A stretch of 62,997 bases of DNA, the filler included, from Octopus bimaculoides (lineage: Eukaryota), in NCBI RefSeq assembly GCF_001194135.2. It is 4 parts of 4 records of this genome, joined end to end, with 100 filler letters (N's around TTAATTAATTAA, not from the genome) between each part and the next. Parts side by side here need not be neighbours in the genome. Positions count along the whole stretch, not along the records: positions 27,023 to 49,698 come from NC_068987.1; positions 49,799 to 53,638 come from NW_026373665.1; 2 more parts are not named here. The stretch is one strand, 5' to 3'. The stretch's first letter is position 1. Each line of letters opens with the position of its first letter. A program made the position numbers and the translations under genes. Shown piece by piece: positions 39,800-51,734 of this stretch. Below the pieces are notes generated by a model. That model had not been told where the DNA came from. It saw only the letters and a program-made list of their open reading frames with translations, and searched no databases.

Positions 39800-40010
39800 A
39801 AATACTTGTCATGTGCCTAGATTGACAACAAGAAGGTTTTCTGATCCAGTCCCCACTGACTGGTATCTCACAAGAATGGAATTACATTAAAGTTATCAAA
39901 CCATGGATTACTTCCATAAAACAACTATGAAGATATAGCAAATAGCTCTTAGTGGCTCCACCATCACTATGATAGCAAACTCCAACCTTACAGGAATGTC
40001 TGTGTGATGA
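39800..40010 (+). mobile_element. Possible further decayed R4-like RT fragment after a (TAA)n array
   Basis: IDNKKVF*SSPH resembles IDYKKAFDSVPH. Confidence 0.3.
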
Positions 40011-40429
40011 CCTATTTCTCTGTCTGCCAGTTTGTCTGTCTGTATATTTATCTGTTTATTCACATACATGGACAGACAAATTCATACATGCATATATACA
40101 TATATCACATGCACATACATACATATATATGTGGTGGCCACAATATGATTTCAAGTAATGTTATTGCTTGATTGTTCTCTTAAACATGAACAGCATGGAA
40201 ATGGCTTTTCAGTCCTGCTCATTTGTACAATTGTGAAAATGATGGGCACCTTTTGCAGTAGGTGTTATAATACTGTTGCTATATGAGGTCATCATGTCAT
40301 GCACAATTGGTTGTGATGCACATGCCTGGTGTACCGTTATTAGATGGGTAGTCATGATGGGTATAGTGAGCTTTGTATATTTGTATCCTATGTGCTGCTC
40401 TCTCACTCAATAATGATAATAATAATGAT

Positions 40430-40860
40430 GATGATAAGAAGAATGGTCTTCTAATTTAGATACAAGGCCAACATATTTGAGGGAATAGGGTGAGTCGATA
40501 CCATTGACCTCAGTACTTGACAGGCACTTTATTTTATTGAGCTGTAATACATTTGAACGCAGAAGAAATGCCTGTAAGCATTTTGATTGACATGCTAATG
40601 ATTCTGCCAGTTCACAGAAGTAATAATAATTCTTTCTACTATATGCATAAGGCATGTAATTTTGTGGGAGAGGGATAGATGATTAAATTGACCCACCCCA
40701 CCACCACTACCAGTGCTCAACTGGTACTTATTTTATTGACCCCAAAGGGATGAAAGAGAAAGCTGACCTCAGCAGATTTGAACTCAGAATGTAAAACAGA
40801 AGAAATGCCACAATGTGTTTTGTCTGACATGCTACTGATTCTACTAGTTTACCACCTTAA
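40430..40860 (-). mobile_element. Two tandem SINE family C copies, CpG-decayed
   Basis: GGTACTTATTTTATTGACCCCAAAGGGATGAAAG...GACCTCAGCAGATTTGAACTCAGAATG. Confidence 0.65.
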
Positions 40861-40909
40861 TAATGATGATGATGATAATAATAACAATAATAATAATAAT
40901 AATAATAAT

Positions 40910-41442
40910 GTATAAACACATGCCAAAAAAGGTCACAGAAAACGAGAAAGCAACCATACTCTGGGATATGCCAATACACACAGATAGAGAAATTAAGACA
41001 AATAGACCAGATATAGTCGTCAAAGATCAGGAAGAAAAAAAATGCTTTCTAATTGATGTATCAATACCAGCAGATGACAACGTTTCCCTAAAAGAAATGG
41101 AAAAACTTTCAAAATACAAAGACCTGGAAATAGAGATAACTCGAATGTGAAATCTGAAAACAGAAACAATTCCTATCATAGTAGGTGCCTTAGGTATAAT
41201 AAAAAAATATTCAGACAAATACATAACAAAAATAGCAGGACTTACAAATATATATAACATACAGAAAATTGCACTACTGGGTACTGCACACATTCTACGC
41301 AAAACACTTTCAATACAGTAAACATAAGAGCACCACAGCAAACCACAGCACATACCCAAGGCGCACAAAGCTGCGCTCGGTAGTGAAGTGAAAGCACGTT
41401 ATAAAAATAAAACTACTGAATAATAATAATAATAATAATAAT
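40910..41442 (+). mobile_element. R4/Dong-clade non-LTR retrotransposon, 5'-truncated 3' end
   Basis: Restriction-like endonuclease ILWDMPIHTDREIKTNRPDIVVKD...CFLIDVSIP...KLSKYKDL...QKIALLGTAHILRKTL*, then 3'UTR and (TAA)n tail. Preceded by (TAA)n. Confidence 0.9.
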
Positions 41443-43499
41443 AGGCTTTTGACAGTGTTCCCCACAAGTGGATCCTTGAAACACTAGCCATAAACAAGGT
41501 GGCACCAATTATTATAAAATGCATAAGACACTCCATGAATAAATGGCAGATAGTGCTACAGCTCCAAACAAAAGAGGGACTCGTGAAAACGAAAGCCATC
41601 CCCATTAGAAGAGGAATATTCTAGGGAGACACGCTCTCTCCACTCCTGTTCTGCTTGGCACTCACTCCTTTAACTGACTTGCTAAATAGAACTGGATACA
41701 GATACAAATGTTACGGCAAAACAATCAGCCACCTTTTATATATATGGATGACCTAAAATTATACACTAGAAATGATAAAGAGCTGGAAACACTACTACAG
41801 ACTGTACGTGGATTTACCAAAGAAATAGATATGAAATTTGGATGAGAAAAATGTGCCAAAGCAACTCTGAAAAGAGGAAAATGAGTTAAGAGTAGCAACA
41901 TCACACTAGATAAAGCCAATGAAATAAGAGAATTAGACCAAAGCCAGCCATACAAATATTTAGGAATCAATGAACTAGATAGGATACAACACACACAAAC
42001 GAAAGAGAAAATAAAGAAAGAATACTATAGACGAGTTAGATCAATATTAAAAACAGAGCTCAATGCTAAAAACAAGATAATAGGTATTAACACTTTAGTC
42101 ATCCCAGTTATAAGTTACAGCTACAATATCCTTAACTGGACACTAAATGAACTAACGAAAATAGACAGGAAAACAAGAAAAATAATGACAGGATCNNNNN
42201 NNNNNNNNNNNNNNNNNNNNNNNNNNNNNNNNNNNNNNNNNNNNNNNNNNNNNNNNNNNNNNNNNNNNNNNNNNNNNNNNNNNNNNNNNNNNNNNNNNNN
42301 NNNNNNNNNNNNNNNNNNNNNNNNNNNNNNNNNNNNNNNNNNNNNNNNNNNNNNNNNNNNNNNNNNNNNNNNNNNNNNNNNNNNNNNNNNNNNNNNNNNN
42401 NNNNNNNNNNNNNNNNNNNNNNNNNNNNNNNNNNNNNNNNNNNNNNNNNNNNNNNNNNNNNNNNNNNNNNNNNNNNNNNNNNNNNNNNNNNNNNNNNNNN
42501 NNNNNNNNNNNNNNNNNNNNNNNNNNNNNNNNNNNNNNNNNNNNNNNNNNNNNNNNNNNNNNNNNNNNNNNNNNNNNNNNNNNNNNNNNNNNNNNNNNNN
42601 NNNNNNNNNNNNNNNNNNNNNNNNNNNNNNNNNNNNNNNNNNNNNNNNNNNNNNNNNNNNNNNNNNNNNNNNNNNNNNNNNNNNNNNNNNNNNNNNNNNN
42701 NNNNNNNNNNNNNNNNNNNNNNNNNNNNNNNNNNNNNNNNNNNNNNNNNNNNNNNNNNNNNNNNNNNNNNNNNNNNNNNNNNNNNNNNNNNNNNNNNNNN
42801 NNNNNNNNNNNNNNNNNNNNNNNNNNNNNNNNNNNNNNNNNNNNNNNNNNNNNNNNNNNNNNNNNNNNNNNNNNNNNNNNNNNNNNNNNNNNNNNNNNNN
42901 NNNNNNNNNNNNNNNNNNNNNNNNNNNNNNNNNNNNNNNNNNNNNNNNNNNNNNNNNNNNNNNNNNNNNNNNNNNNNNNNNNNNNNNNNNNNNNNNNNNN
43001 NNNNNNNNNNNNNNNNNNNNNNNNNNNNNNNNNNNNNNNNNNNNNNNNNNNNNNNNNNNNNNNNNNNNNNNNNNNNNNNNNNNNNNNNNNNNNNNNNNNN
43101 NNNNNNNNNNNNNNNNNNNNNNNNNNNNNNNNNCAGATGACAACGTTTCTCTAAAAGAAATGGAAAAACTTTCAAAATACAAAGACCTGGAAATAGAGGT
43201 AACTCGAATGTGGAATCTAAAAACGGAAACAATTCCTATCATAGTAGACACCTTAGGTATAATAAAAAAATATTCAGACAAATACATAACAAAAACACTA
43301 GGACTTATAAATATATATAACATACAGAAAATTGCACTACTGGGCACTGCACACATCCTACGCAAAACACTTTCAATACAGTAACCATAAGAGCATCACA
43401 GCAAACCATAGCACATACCCAAGGCACACAGAGCTGCCCTCGGTAGTGAAGTGAAAGCACGTTATAAAAATAAAACTACTGAATAATAATAATAATAAT
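41443..43499 (+). mobile_element. R4/Dong-clade retrotransposon, RT plus RLE (pseudogene, middle in gap)
   Basis: AFDSVPHKWI, GIF*GDTLSPLLF, YMDDLKLY, KYLGI, then a 938-N gap, then an RLE 3' end nearly identical to the previous copy and a (TAA)n tail. Confidence 0.9.
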
Positions 43500-43852
43500 G
43501 ATTTCAAATTTTGGCTCAAGACTAGCAATTTGGTGATAAGTGGTAAGTTGATTACATCAACCCTAGTACTCAACTAGTACTTATTCTATCAACCCCCAAA
43601 GGATGAAAGGGAAAGTCAACCTCAGTGGAATTTTAACTCAGAACATGAAAATGGATAAAATGCTGCTAAGGAATGATTTCAAATTTTGGCTCAAAGCCAG
43701 AAAAATCGGGGGTGGGGATAAGTCAATTACATCAACCCCAAAAAGATGAAAGGCAAAGTTGACCTTGGTAGAATTTGAGCTCAAAGGTAAAGAGAGACAA
43801 TATGCTGCTAAGCATTTAGCTCAGTGTGCTAAGATTCTGCCAGAACACCACC
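43500..43852 (-). mobile_element. Tandem SINE family C copies, CpG-decayed
   Basis: Two AAAGGATGAAAGG.AAAGT..ACCT..GT.GAATTT blocks. Confidence 0.65.
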
Positions 43853-43905
<53 letters not shown>

Positions 43906-44009
43906 TACAACAACTACAATAATAATAGCAAATGAAGCAGAAGTAATGAGAAGAGCTGTATCACAAGAATATGATGATGATCAACAAGGCAGTATGAGGA
44001 TGATGTGCT

Positions 44010-46500
44010 GATATATTAGAGAAGACCAAGATCAAGCACTGCCACCCACCAATCTGAGGTACATTGATCAATGTAAGCTCATAGTTGAAATCAAAAGGAT
44101 AGATTCTGCCCTTGGACTATCCTAGACGGGAAATATAACTGAAACTAACAAGATTATTTGGGCTGCAGCTGTGGTTGTTGCAGATAGAACTGGATGCAAA
44201 AGAAGAGAACAAATAAAACATAAAGAACTATACTGGCATAGACGAATTTGTGAAAAACAAAGTTAAAATTACATTTAGGATAAGTTAATAGATTGAATAG
44301 AGGGGAATTGCTAAATGAAAGCATAATAATAATGCTGGAAAGAACATATAGGATAAGAGATGATGGGTATGATGTGGTATTGGAAGAATTGAAACAAAGA
44401 GTAAGAGCAATCAAGGCAAAACAGGAAAGCTATGACAGTAGAACAAAACATTTCAGGCAAAATGGATTGTTTGAAGCAAATCAGAAAAAAAAAAACTGTT
44501 TCAGGGATTAGATGGACAATTACACATAACAATGATACCAGATACAGATGAAAACAGGGCATTTTGGGGAGGAAGTTGGGACAAACCTGTAAAGCATAAT
44601 GATGAAGTGGGGTGGCTGCATGAAATCCAAGATAGGTTAAGAAATATAGAAAGCCAAGACAACATAAAAATAATTACAAAAATGACAAAAAAGCAGTTAA
44701 GGATATTCCCAAATTGGAAGAGCCCAGGACCGGATGAGGTTCAAGGTTATTGGATGAAGAAGCTAAGAGGGCTCCATAAAAGGATAGCATAACAGCCAGA
44801 TGAGTGCCCAGCTAGATGACAAAGGGAAAGACATTGCTATGTGCCAAGGATCCTGAAAAGGGCAATGTTGCACCCAACTTTTGACCAATAACGTGTCTTC
44901 CACTAATGTAGAAACTATTGTCAGGTGCTTTGACTGGTAAACTGTATAGGTACTTTAAAAAAGTGGGCTGCTACCTATTGAACAGAAACATTGCAGAAAG
45001 AGGGGCCAGGGAATGAAAGATAAGCCACAAACTGCAAGAGAAGACAAACAAACCTGAATATGGCATAGATTGACTATTGTAATGTACCACATTCCTGGAT
45101 AACAGGAACAATGGCAATGTATAGAGTAGCAGAAAACATGAGGAGCCCTATATGGAACAGTATGAAATGCTGGAGAACTGAATTTCCAGCAGGGAATTAG
45201 GTATTAAGAGAGGTGAAAATCAAGAAAGGAATCTTCCAAGGGGTCAGTGTATCCCCACTGATCTTTGTGCTGGGAATGATCCTCTTGAGTGAAATACTAC
45301 AGAAGGCAAAGTTTGGGTATGATCTGGGAAGAGGTAAGGGAAAACTGAACCTCTTACTATTCATGGACGACTATGAATAGTGAGGCAGGAGTGGACAGCC
45401 TAGTCCAGTCTGTGCTGATTTTCTCCAAAGATATTAAGATGGAATTTGGACACTTAAAATGTGCTATGATGGTGATGAGATGAAGAAAGCTTATCTAGAC
45501 AGAAGGCACATGAATCCCAAGTGGTGAAATGATGAAGGCAACTGAACCTCAGTCCAATTATAAATACCTGGGAATATTTGAGGTAGATGGAATTAAACAC
45601 AACAATGATGATGAATATGAAAGAAAAAACAAAGAAAGAGTACCTGCAGTGAGTGAGAAAAGTATTGACTTCAAAGCTGGATGTCAGAAACATAATTTCA
45701 GCAATAAACTTGAGCACAGTTGCATTAGTTCAGTATGACACTGGAATCCTGAAGTGGACAGAGGAGAAACTAAAGAAGTTGAACAGAAAGACAAGAAAGC
45801 TCCTAATGATGCATGGAGACACTGATTGCCTATACATGAAGAAAGCAAATGGAGGAAGGGGACTGATAAGTGTGGAAGCTGCGTACGTATCAAACTTGAG
45901 AGCTTACTGAGATACCTATCCCAAAGTAAGGAAACCTTGCTAGTGTCAGTTAGGAATGAGGGAATATTGAAAGCAGTGGTAAAAAGAAAAATGAAAGAAG
46001 TACAAAAATGAACACAAAGAAGAATTGTGCAACAAGGGACTACACAGTCAATTCCATGTAGCCACAACAGAAGTTGCTGGAAAACAGGTGGGATTGGCTG
46101 AAGAAAGGAACACTAAAAAAGAAACTGAGAGCACTATACTGGCAGCATAAGACCAAACTTTGGCCACAAATTGGAGAGTCAACCTTAGGAATGAGCAAGT
46201 GTCTCTGCTGTGCCACATCTGTAAAAGAGTGGACGAAACCATTGTCCATATCATGAACGAATGCCCTAGAGTTGCCCAAAACCACTACAAGTTGTGGCAA
46301 CATAAGGTAGCATAAGTGCTACTTTGGAAACTGTGCAAAAAGTGGGGGCTAGAGAGAGGCAAGATGTGATATGAGCACAAACCACAGAGAGTGGTGGAGT
46401 CAGAGACTTGCAAAATCCTCTGGGACTTGTAAAATCCTCTGGCAGCAAGCCCACTATGCATACAAAACACCAGGAGTTCTAACAATAGCTGTGATAAAAA
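44010..46500 (+). mobile_element. Older R4/Dong-like retrotransposon, heavily decayed
   Basis: WKSPGPDEVQGYWMKK, GIFQGVSVSPLIF, LFMDD, KYLGI, GGRGLISVE, CCHC knuckle CHICKRVDETIVHIMNECP. Many stops and frameshifts. Confidence 0.85.
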
Positions 46501-47250
46501 GAAATAATAATAACACCACAACCATAGTACAATAACATCTGTTTCAGTGCACTATTTCACATCAAGAATCTTGCAAGGTGAACACAAAATCAATGTAATT
46601 TATATATTTAATATAACAACAGTTAATATAATTTAGTTGCACAACTATAAATATATAAATTATAAACAACTTCTTCATATTTTATTTCTGACAAATTTCA
46701 TAGTGCTCTCAGGAAATGTACTTCATTGTCTAGTTGTCTTCCGAAACATTGCAACAGCAATCAACATTACCATCCTCTTCCTCATCATAACCACCTTCAA
46801 TGTCATGATTGCCACAGTCACCACCATCACTTTTACCACCACTGTCCTTTTCTCCTCCTCCTCCTCCTCCTCCTCCCTATCATCTTCTTCATCATCATTG
46901 TTACTATGCTCACTACCACCATCACCACCACAACCATTGTCATCATCATCACCACCGCAACCACCAGAACCAGCAGCAGTAGTATCAGCATCATTAATGG
47001 TTAAAGTGTATGTAGCAGGATTGAAACTGAAATGCTGATTAACCAAGTAAATGTCAGCTTAGTCACAGTCATTTCATACGATTGGTCAATTAACTGAACA
47101 ATCAGCATCAAGCCATCCTATAATTTGACTTTCTAGAATCTTCTAATGAGGCTTATAAAAAAGGTGAATTTGTGGCTCTAACTTCAGAATGTGTGAGGCT
47201 GTTGCAAAGACAACTCCATTCTCATTTCATTCTCCAGCTATTTTCAGATA

Positions 47251-48551
47251 TGAAGGAGTAGCCAAAAGAAAACAGAATTTTGCAATATTATTTTATTCAC
47301 TTAGTTTTACATGTTTACACTTTTACTGCCTTCAAAGTATTCTTCATTTTAAGCAATGCATTGATCCAGATGTGTTTTCCACTTTTCAAAGCAGTCCTGG
47401 AACTCTTGCGAAGTGATGCCTTTTAACAACTCTGTTGTTTTTTCTTCACTTATTCCACATCTGCATAATGTTTTCCTTTAAGGACTTTTTCATTTGTGTG
47501 TGTGTGGGGTGGGAGTCGCAGGGTGCAAGATCAGGTGAATAGGGAGGGTGAGTAAGCAGGGTCATGCCATTTTTGGTCAAAGACTATCTCACACTTAAGG
47601 TGGTGTGTGCAAGCACATTGTCATGATGAAACCACCATTCCCCACTTTGCCTTAGGTTGGGGCGTTTTCATCTCACTACATCTTGCAAATGCTTTAGAAC
47701 TGCCAAGTAAAATGTCTGGTTGACAGTTTGATCAGCAGGAAAAGATTCTGTGTTGACAATTCTTTTCACATCAATGGAACAAATCAGCATTGTCTTGACA
47801 TTTGACTTCACTTGCCACGCTTTTTGGGGGCGTGGTGACATTGAATGCTTCCACTGACTTGGTTGCTACTTCGTTTTTGGGTTGTAATCATAGCAGCAGC
47901 TTTCATCATCAGTGATGACCTTTGAAAAAAGGTCTGGATCAACTTCCAACTGTTCTTTCAATTCACGATATGCGTTCAGTTGTGATTGCTTGTGATCTTC
48001 CGTGAGCAAGTGAGGCACAAATTTTACTGCAACTCTTTTCATTTGCAATTCCTTGCTCAAAATTCGTTGGCAGGAGCTCCAGGACACTCCAGTCATATCA
48101 ACAAGTTTGTCAATTGTTTAGTGATGGTCTACCAAGATCAGTCTATGAAATTTAGTATTGTCTTTATTTGTTCAAGAGGTCAGCAGTCATCCTGGATGAG
48201 GTTATTCTTCAAGCAACAAGTGACCATTCCTAGAGTGTGAAAACCTCTTGTAAACCTGTGTTTTGCTCATAGCAGCGTCCTTGCATGCTGTTTGAAGTAT
48301 GACAACTGTTTCAGCCACCGGTTTCCCCTGCAGGAAACAGAATTTCATGGAAGCACGCTTGTCCTTTGTTTCAGCTATTGCAAAAATCAACAAACAAGTA
48401 AGAAACACTGCAGAACAAAGATGCACCATGTGGCAGTGTGACTCCACGTGACGACACTGGTTGGCAGACTGATGCCTGAGCGGCGGAAGCCTGAACTACA
48501 ATAGGTTTATCCAACAGAGAGCATTTCTTGTTACTTTTGGGTACTTCTATG
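47251..48551 (-). mobile_element. Full-length decayed mariner transposon (second subfamily)
   Basis: TA-flanked ~28-bp imperfect TIRs (TGAAGGAGTAGCCAAAAGAAAACAGAA / TTCTTGTTACTTTTGGGTACTTCTATG). Minus-strand peptides KRASMKFCF, KRVAVKFVPHLLT, KVITDDESCCYDYNPKTK, HPPYSPDLAPCD, EYFEG. Confidence 0.85.
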
Positions 48552-49202
48552 TATAGAATGCCAAGACGATTGTTTTTAAAACTCCATACTTACATTTCTA
48601 TTTTCCTGCCATACAGATTAAAGGAACAGATTTGTCATCATGAATTTAGTCCAATATTTCTCCAGTTGTGACACACAGTCACAGATTTATATACACCAGC
48701 TATTTTGTAGTAGATGCCAGAGCCTTGTCTCTCCCAGTGTAGATAAATTGAATTTATTCTTCATTCAAAGACCAATGTAGAAAACAACATATACAGCAAA
48801 TAATGCTTCTGTTAATTGTTTGTGAGTGTTGTTCATGATTTACCTGCAGACAGCAACCCACTAGAGAAGAACACATCACATACATCATCTATATTAGCGA
48901 TTTAAGAATTTCTAAGTACCATTTCTGACTTCAGGAGGAATGTTAACATGTTAGGTGAGTGAAAGTTGTTAATGCTCAGATCAAAGAGGAAAGGAAAGCA
49001 ACGATGAAGAAATCTACTTGGAGGCAAATAATAAAATAATTTGATTTGTAAATGAGGATGGCTGTTGTAGTTGTTGTTGTTGTTAACCCCAAGTGAATTT
49101 ATGTCCAAAAGCAGTCAAGCTCTGAATATCCCATTACTTTTGGACATACCTAGGGACTATGCTATCCACTGTGTGTATGATATCTATATATATATATATA
49201 TT

Positions 49203-49614
49203 GTTATCGCCAAGCTAACATGGCACTCCAGAAAAATAGGACGAATGCTGCCATTGATTAGCTCCAAGAGGCCATTGCCTCTAGCTAGCTATGTGACACA
49301 CGAACCTGTGTCCATTATAACCTTAGAACAGGGGAGGTCAGCCTCTTCCCCTTGCTGGTCTGGCATCTACAGACTAGTTTCAGGATATTGGCCCTTTATC
49401 AATGTAGAGCAGCTGAACTGAGCAGGTGTCACTACTGACCGTCTGTTGGAAGGATTATTTACCTAAATTCAGTGGAATACATCCACTGGTTTTCAAAAAT
49501 AGAAATATTTATATTTCTATGTCACATAGCTAGCGGCGGCGATGGCCTCTTGGAGCTAATCAACAGCAGCATTCATCCTATTTTTCTGGACTGCCATGTT
49601 AGCTTGGCGATAAC
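49203..49614. mobile_element. MITE-like foldback element with ~96-bp terminal inverted repeats
   Basis: 49203-49298 is an imperfect inverted repeat of 49520-49614 (GTTATCGCCAAGCTAACATGGCA... / ...TGCCATGTTAGCTTGGCGATAAC). TATT sits directly on both flanks. Confidence 0.75.
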
Positions 49615-49666
49615 TATTAATATCCAGTACTGCCGTCGTAGTCTCCTTTAGAGAGACTTAGAAATA

Positions 49667-49698
<32 letters not shown>

Positions 49699-49816
49699 NN
49701 NNNNNNNNNNNNNNNNNNNNNNNNNNNNNNNNNNNNNNNNNNTTAATTAATTAANNNNNNNNNNNNNNNNNNNNNNNNNNNNNNNNNNNNNNNNNNNNTG
49801 ATTGATAAATCTTCAT

Positions 49817-50190
49817 TGTTGTTGGCATTCTGTCGCTTACGACGTCGAGGGTTCCAGTTGATCCGATCAACGGAACAGCCTGCTCGTGAAATTAACGTGC
49901 AAGTGGCTGAGCACTCCACAGACACGTGTACCTTTAACGTAGTTCTCGGGGATATTCAGCGAGACACAGTGTGACAAGGCTGACCCTTTGAATTACAGGT
50001 ACAACAAAAACAGGAAGAAAGAGTGAGAGAAAGAGTAGAGCAGGGTTCGCCACCATCCCCTGCCGGAGCCACGTGAAGCTTTTAGGTGTTTTCGCTCAAT
50101 AAACACTCACAACGCCCGGTCTGGGAATCGAAACCGCGATCCTATGACCGCGAGTCTGCTGCCCTAACCACTGGGCCATTGCACCTCCTA
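49817..50190 (-). mobile_element. SINE family B, full length
   Basis: Highly similar to 20126-20512. Confidence 0.85.
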
Positions 50191-50821
50191 AGTCTTCATT
50201 AACAACACCGTAAGAGGCAATACTTTTAAAAGTATATATATTTATAGCGATATATCATTAAGTTTATACCTACAGATTTTCTGTAGAATTCAGAGCTAGC
50301 ACTAAAAGTATCGATGTTTCGTATACAAAACGTTAATATGAGCGATGTGATCAAAGACAGAAAAAATAGATAATGGTGTATATGCATATTTCAAGATTTG
50401 TTGCTCTTTCATCAGCACCACATCCAATCCATTAGCTATCCACGTACGCATTGCTTAATTACATACTATGGTTCAGCGGTGTAATACTATTTGATGGACC
50501 GATTCACATATTAAACACATTTTTGGCAGCCGGTACGTAGAATTTGCTGGCTTAGAACTTTATAGTAAATCTGTAAAAAATCTGTAAAAAGAGATAAACT
50601 TCAAAGATGAAAATATCGCACTGCANNNNNNNNNNNNNNNNNNNNNNNNNNNNNNNNNNNNNNNNNNNNNNNNNNNNNNNNNNNNNNNNNNNNNNNNNNN
50701 NNNNNNNNNNNNNNNNNNNNNNNNNNNNNNNNNNNNNNNNNNNNNNNNNNNNNNNNNNNNNNNNNNNNNNNNNNNNNNNNNNNNNNNNNNNNNNNNNNNN
50801 NNNNNNNNNNNNNNNTGTTGT

Positions 50822-51475
50822 TTAGGTGGCGAACTGGCAGAAGAACCGTTAGCATGCCGGGTGAAATGCTTAGCGGTATTTCGTCTGTCGTTACGTTCTG
50901 AGTTCAAATTCCGCCGAGGTCGACTTAGCCTTTCATCCTTTCGGGATCGATAAATTAAGTACCAGTTACGCACTGGGGTCGATGTAATCGACTTAATCCG
51001 TTTGTCTGTCCTTGTTTGTCCCCTCTATGTTTAGCCCATTGTGGCCAATAAAGAAATAAATGTTTAGTGGCATTTTCCTCCGTCATTACGATCTGAGTTC
51101 AAATTCCGCCGAGGTCGACTTTGCCTTTTATTCTTCCGGGGTCGAAGAATTAAGTACCAGTTGAGTACAGGGGTTGATGTAATCGACTTAACCCCTTTCC
51201 CCAAAAATTTCAGGCTTTGTTCCTATAGTAGAAAGGATTATTAGTATTATTGTTGTTGTTGTTGTTGCTGTTAAGCCGACAAGCTGGCAGAATCGTTAGC
51301 AGGCTGGGCAAAATGCTTAGCAGTATTTTGCCCGTCTTTACGTTCTGAGTTCAATTTCCGGCAAGGTTGACTTTACCTTTCATCCTTACGGGGTCAATCA
51401 AACAGAGTACTAGTTGAGTACTAGTGTCGATGTAATCGACTTACCCATCCCCCGAATTTGTTGGCCTTATACCAA
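50822..51475 (+). mobile_element. Three tandem SINE family C copies
   Basis: Repeated TTCTGAGTTCAA.TTCCG...AGGTCGACTT..CCTTT.ATCCTT core at ~50897, ~51092 and ~51343. Confidence 0.8.
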
Positions 51476-51476
51476 A

Positions 51477-51520
<44 letters not shown>

Positions 51521-51555
51521 TACTATTAGTATTATTATTACTATTATTATTATTA

Positions 51556-51590
<35 letters not shown>

Positions 51591-51592
51591 TA
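51477..51592. repeat. (TTA)n microsatellite just upstream of the HGSNAT acceptor
   Basis: Direct inspection. Confidence 0.95.
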
Positions 51593-51621
51593 TTTTTTTT
51601 TTTTTTAATTGTTTTTTGTAG

Positions 51622-51734
51622 CTGTTGAATTAGACAAGCTTCGTATTCCTGGAGTTCTTCAAAGATTCTCTCTGACTTATTTGTTCTTGGCATTAATGGT
51701 AACTGCGTTTGCCAGGGTGGATGATAACCAAAAG
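51622..51734 (+). CDS. HGSNAT: HGSNAT internal exon (equivalent to vertebrate exon 11)
   Basis: Poly-T tract plus TAG acceptor, GTAGGA donor, phase 1 to phase 0. Translates (A)VELDKLRIPGVLQRFSLTYLFLALMVTAFARVDDNQK, matching the HGSNAT motif WDKVRIPGVLQRLGVTY as I recall it. Confidence 0.92.
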
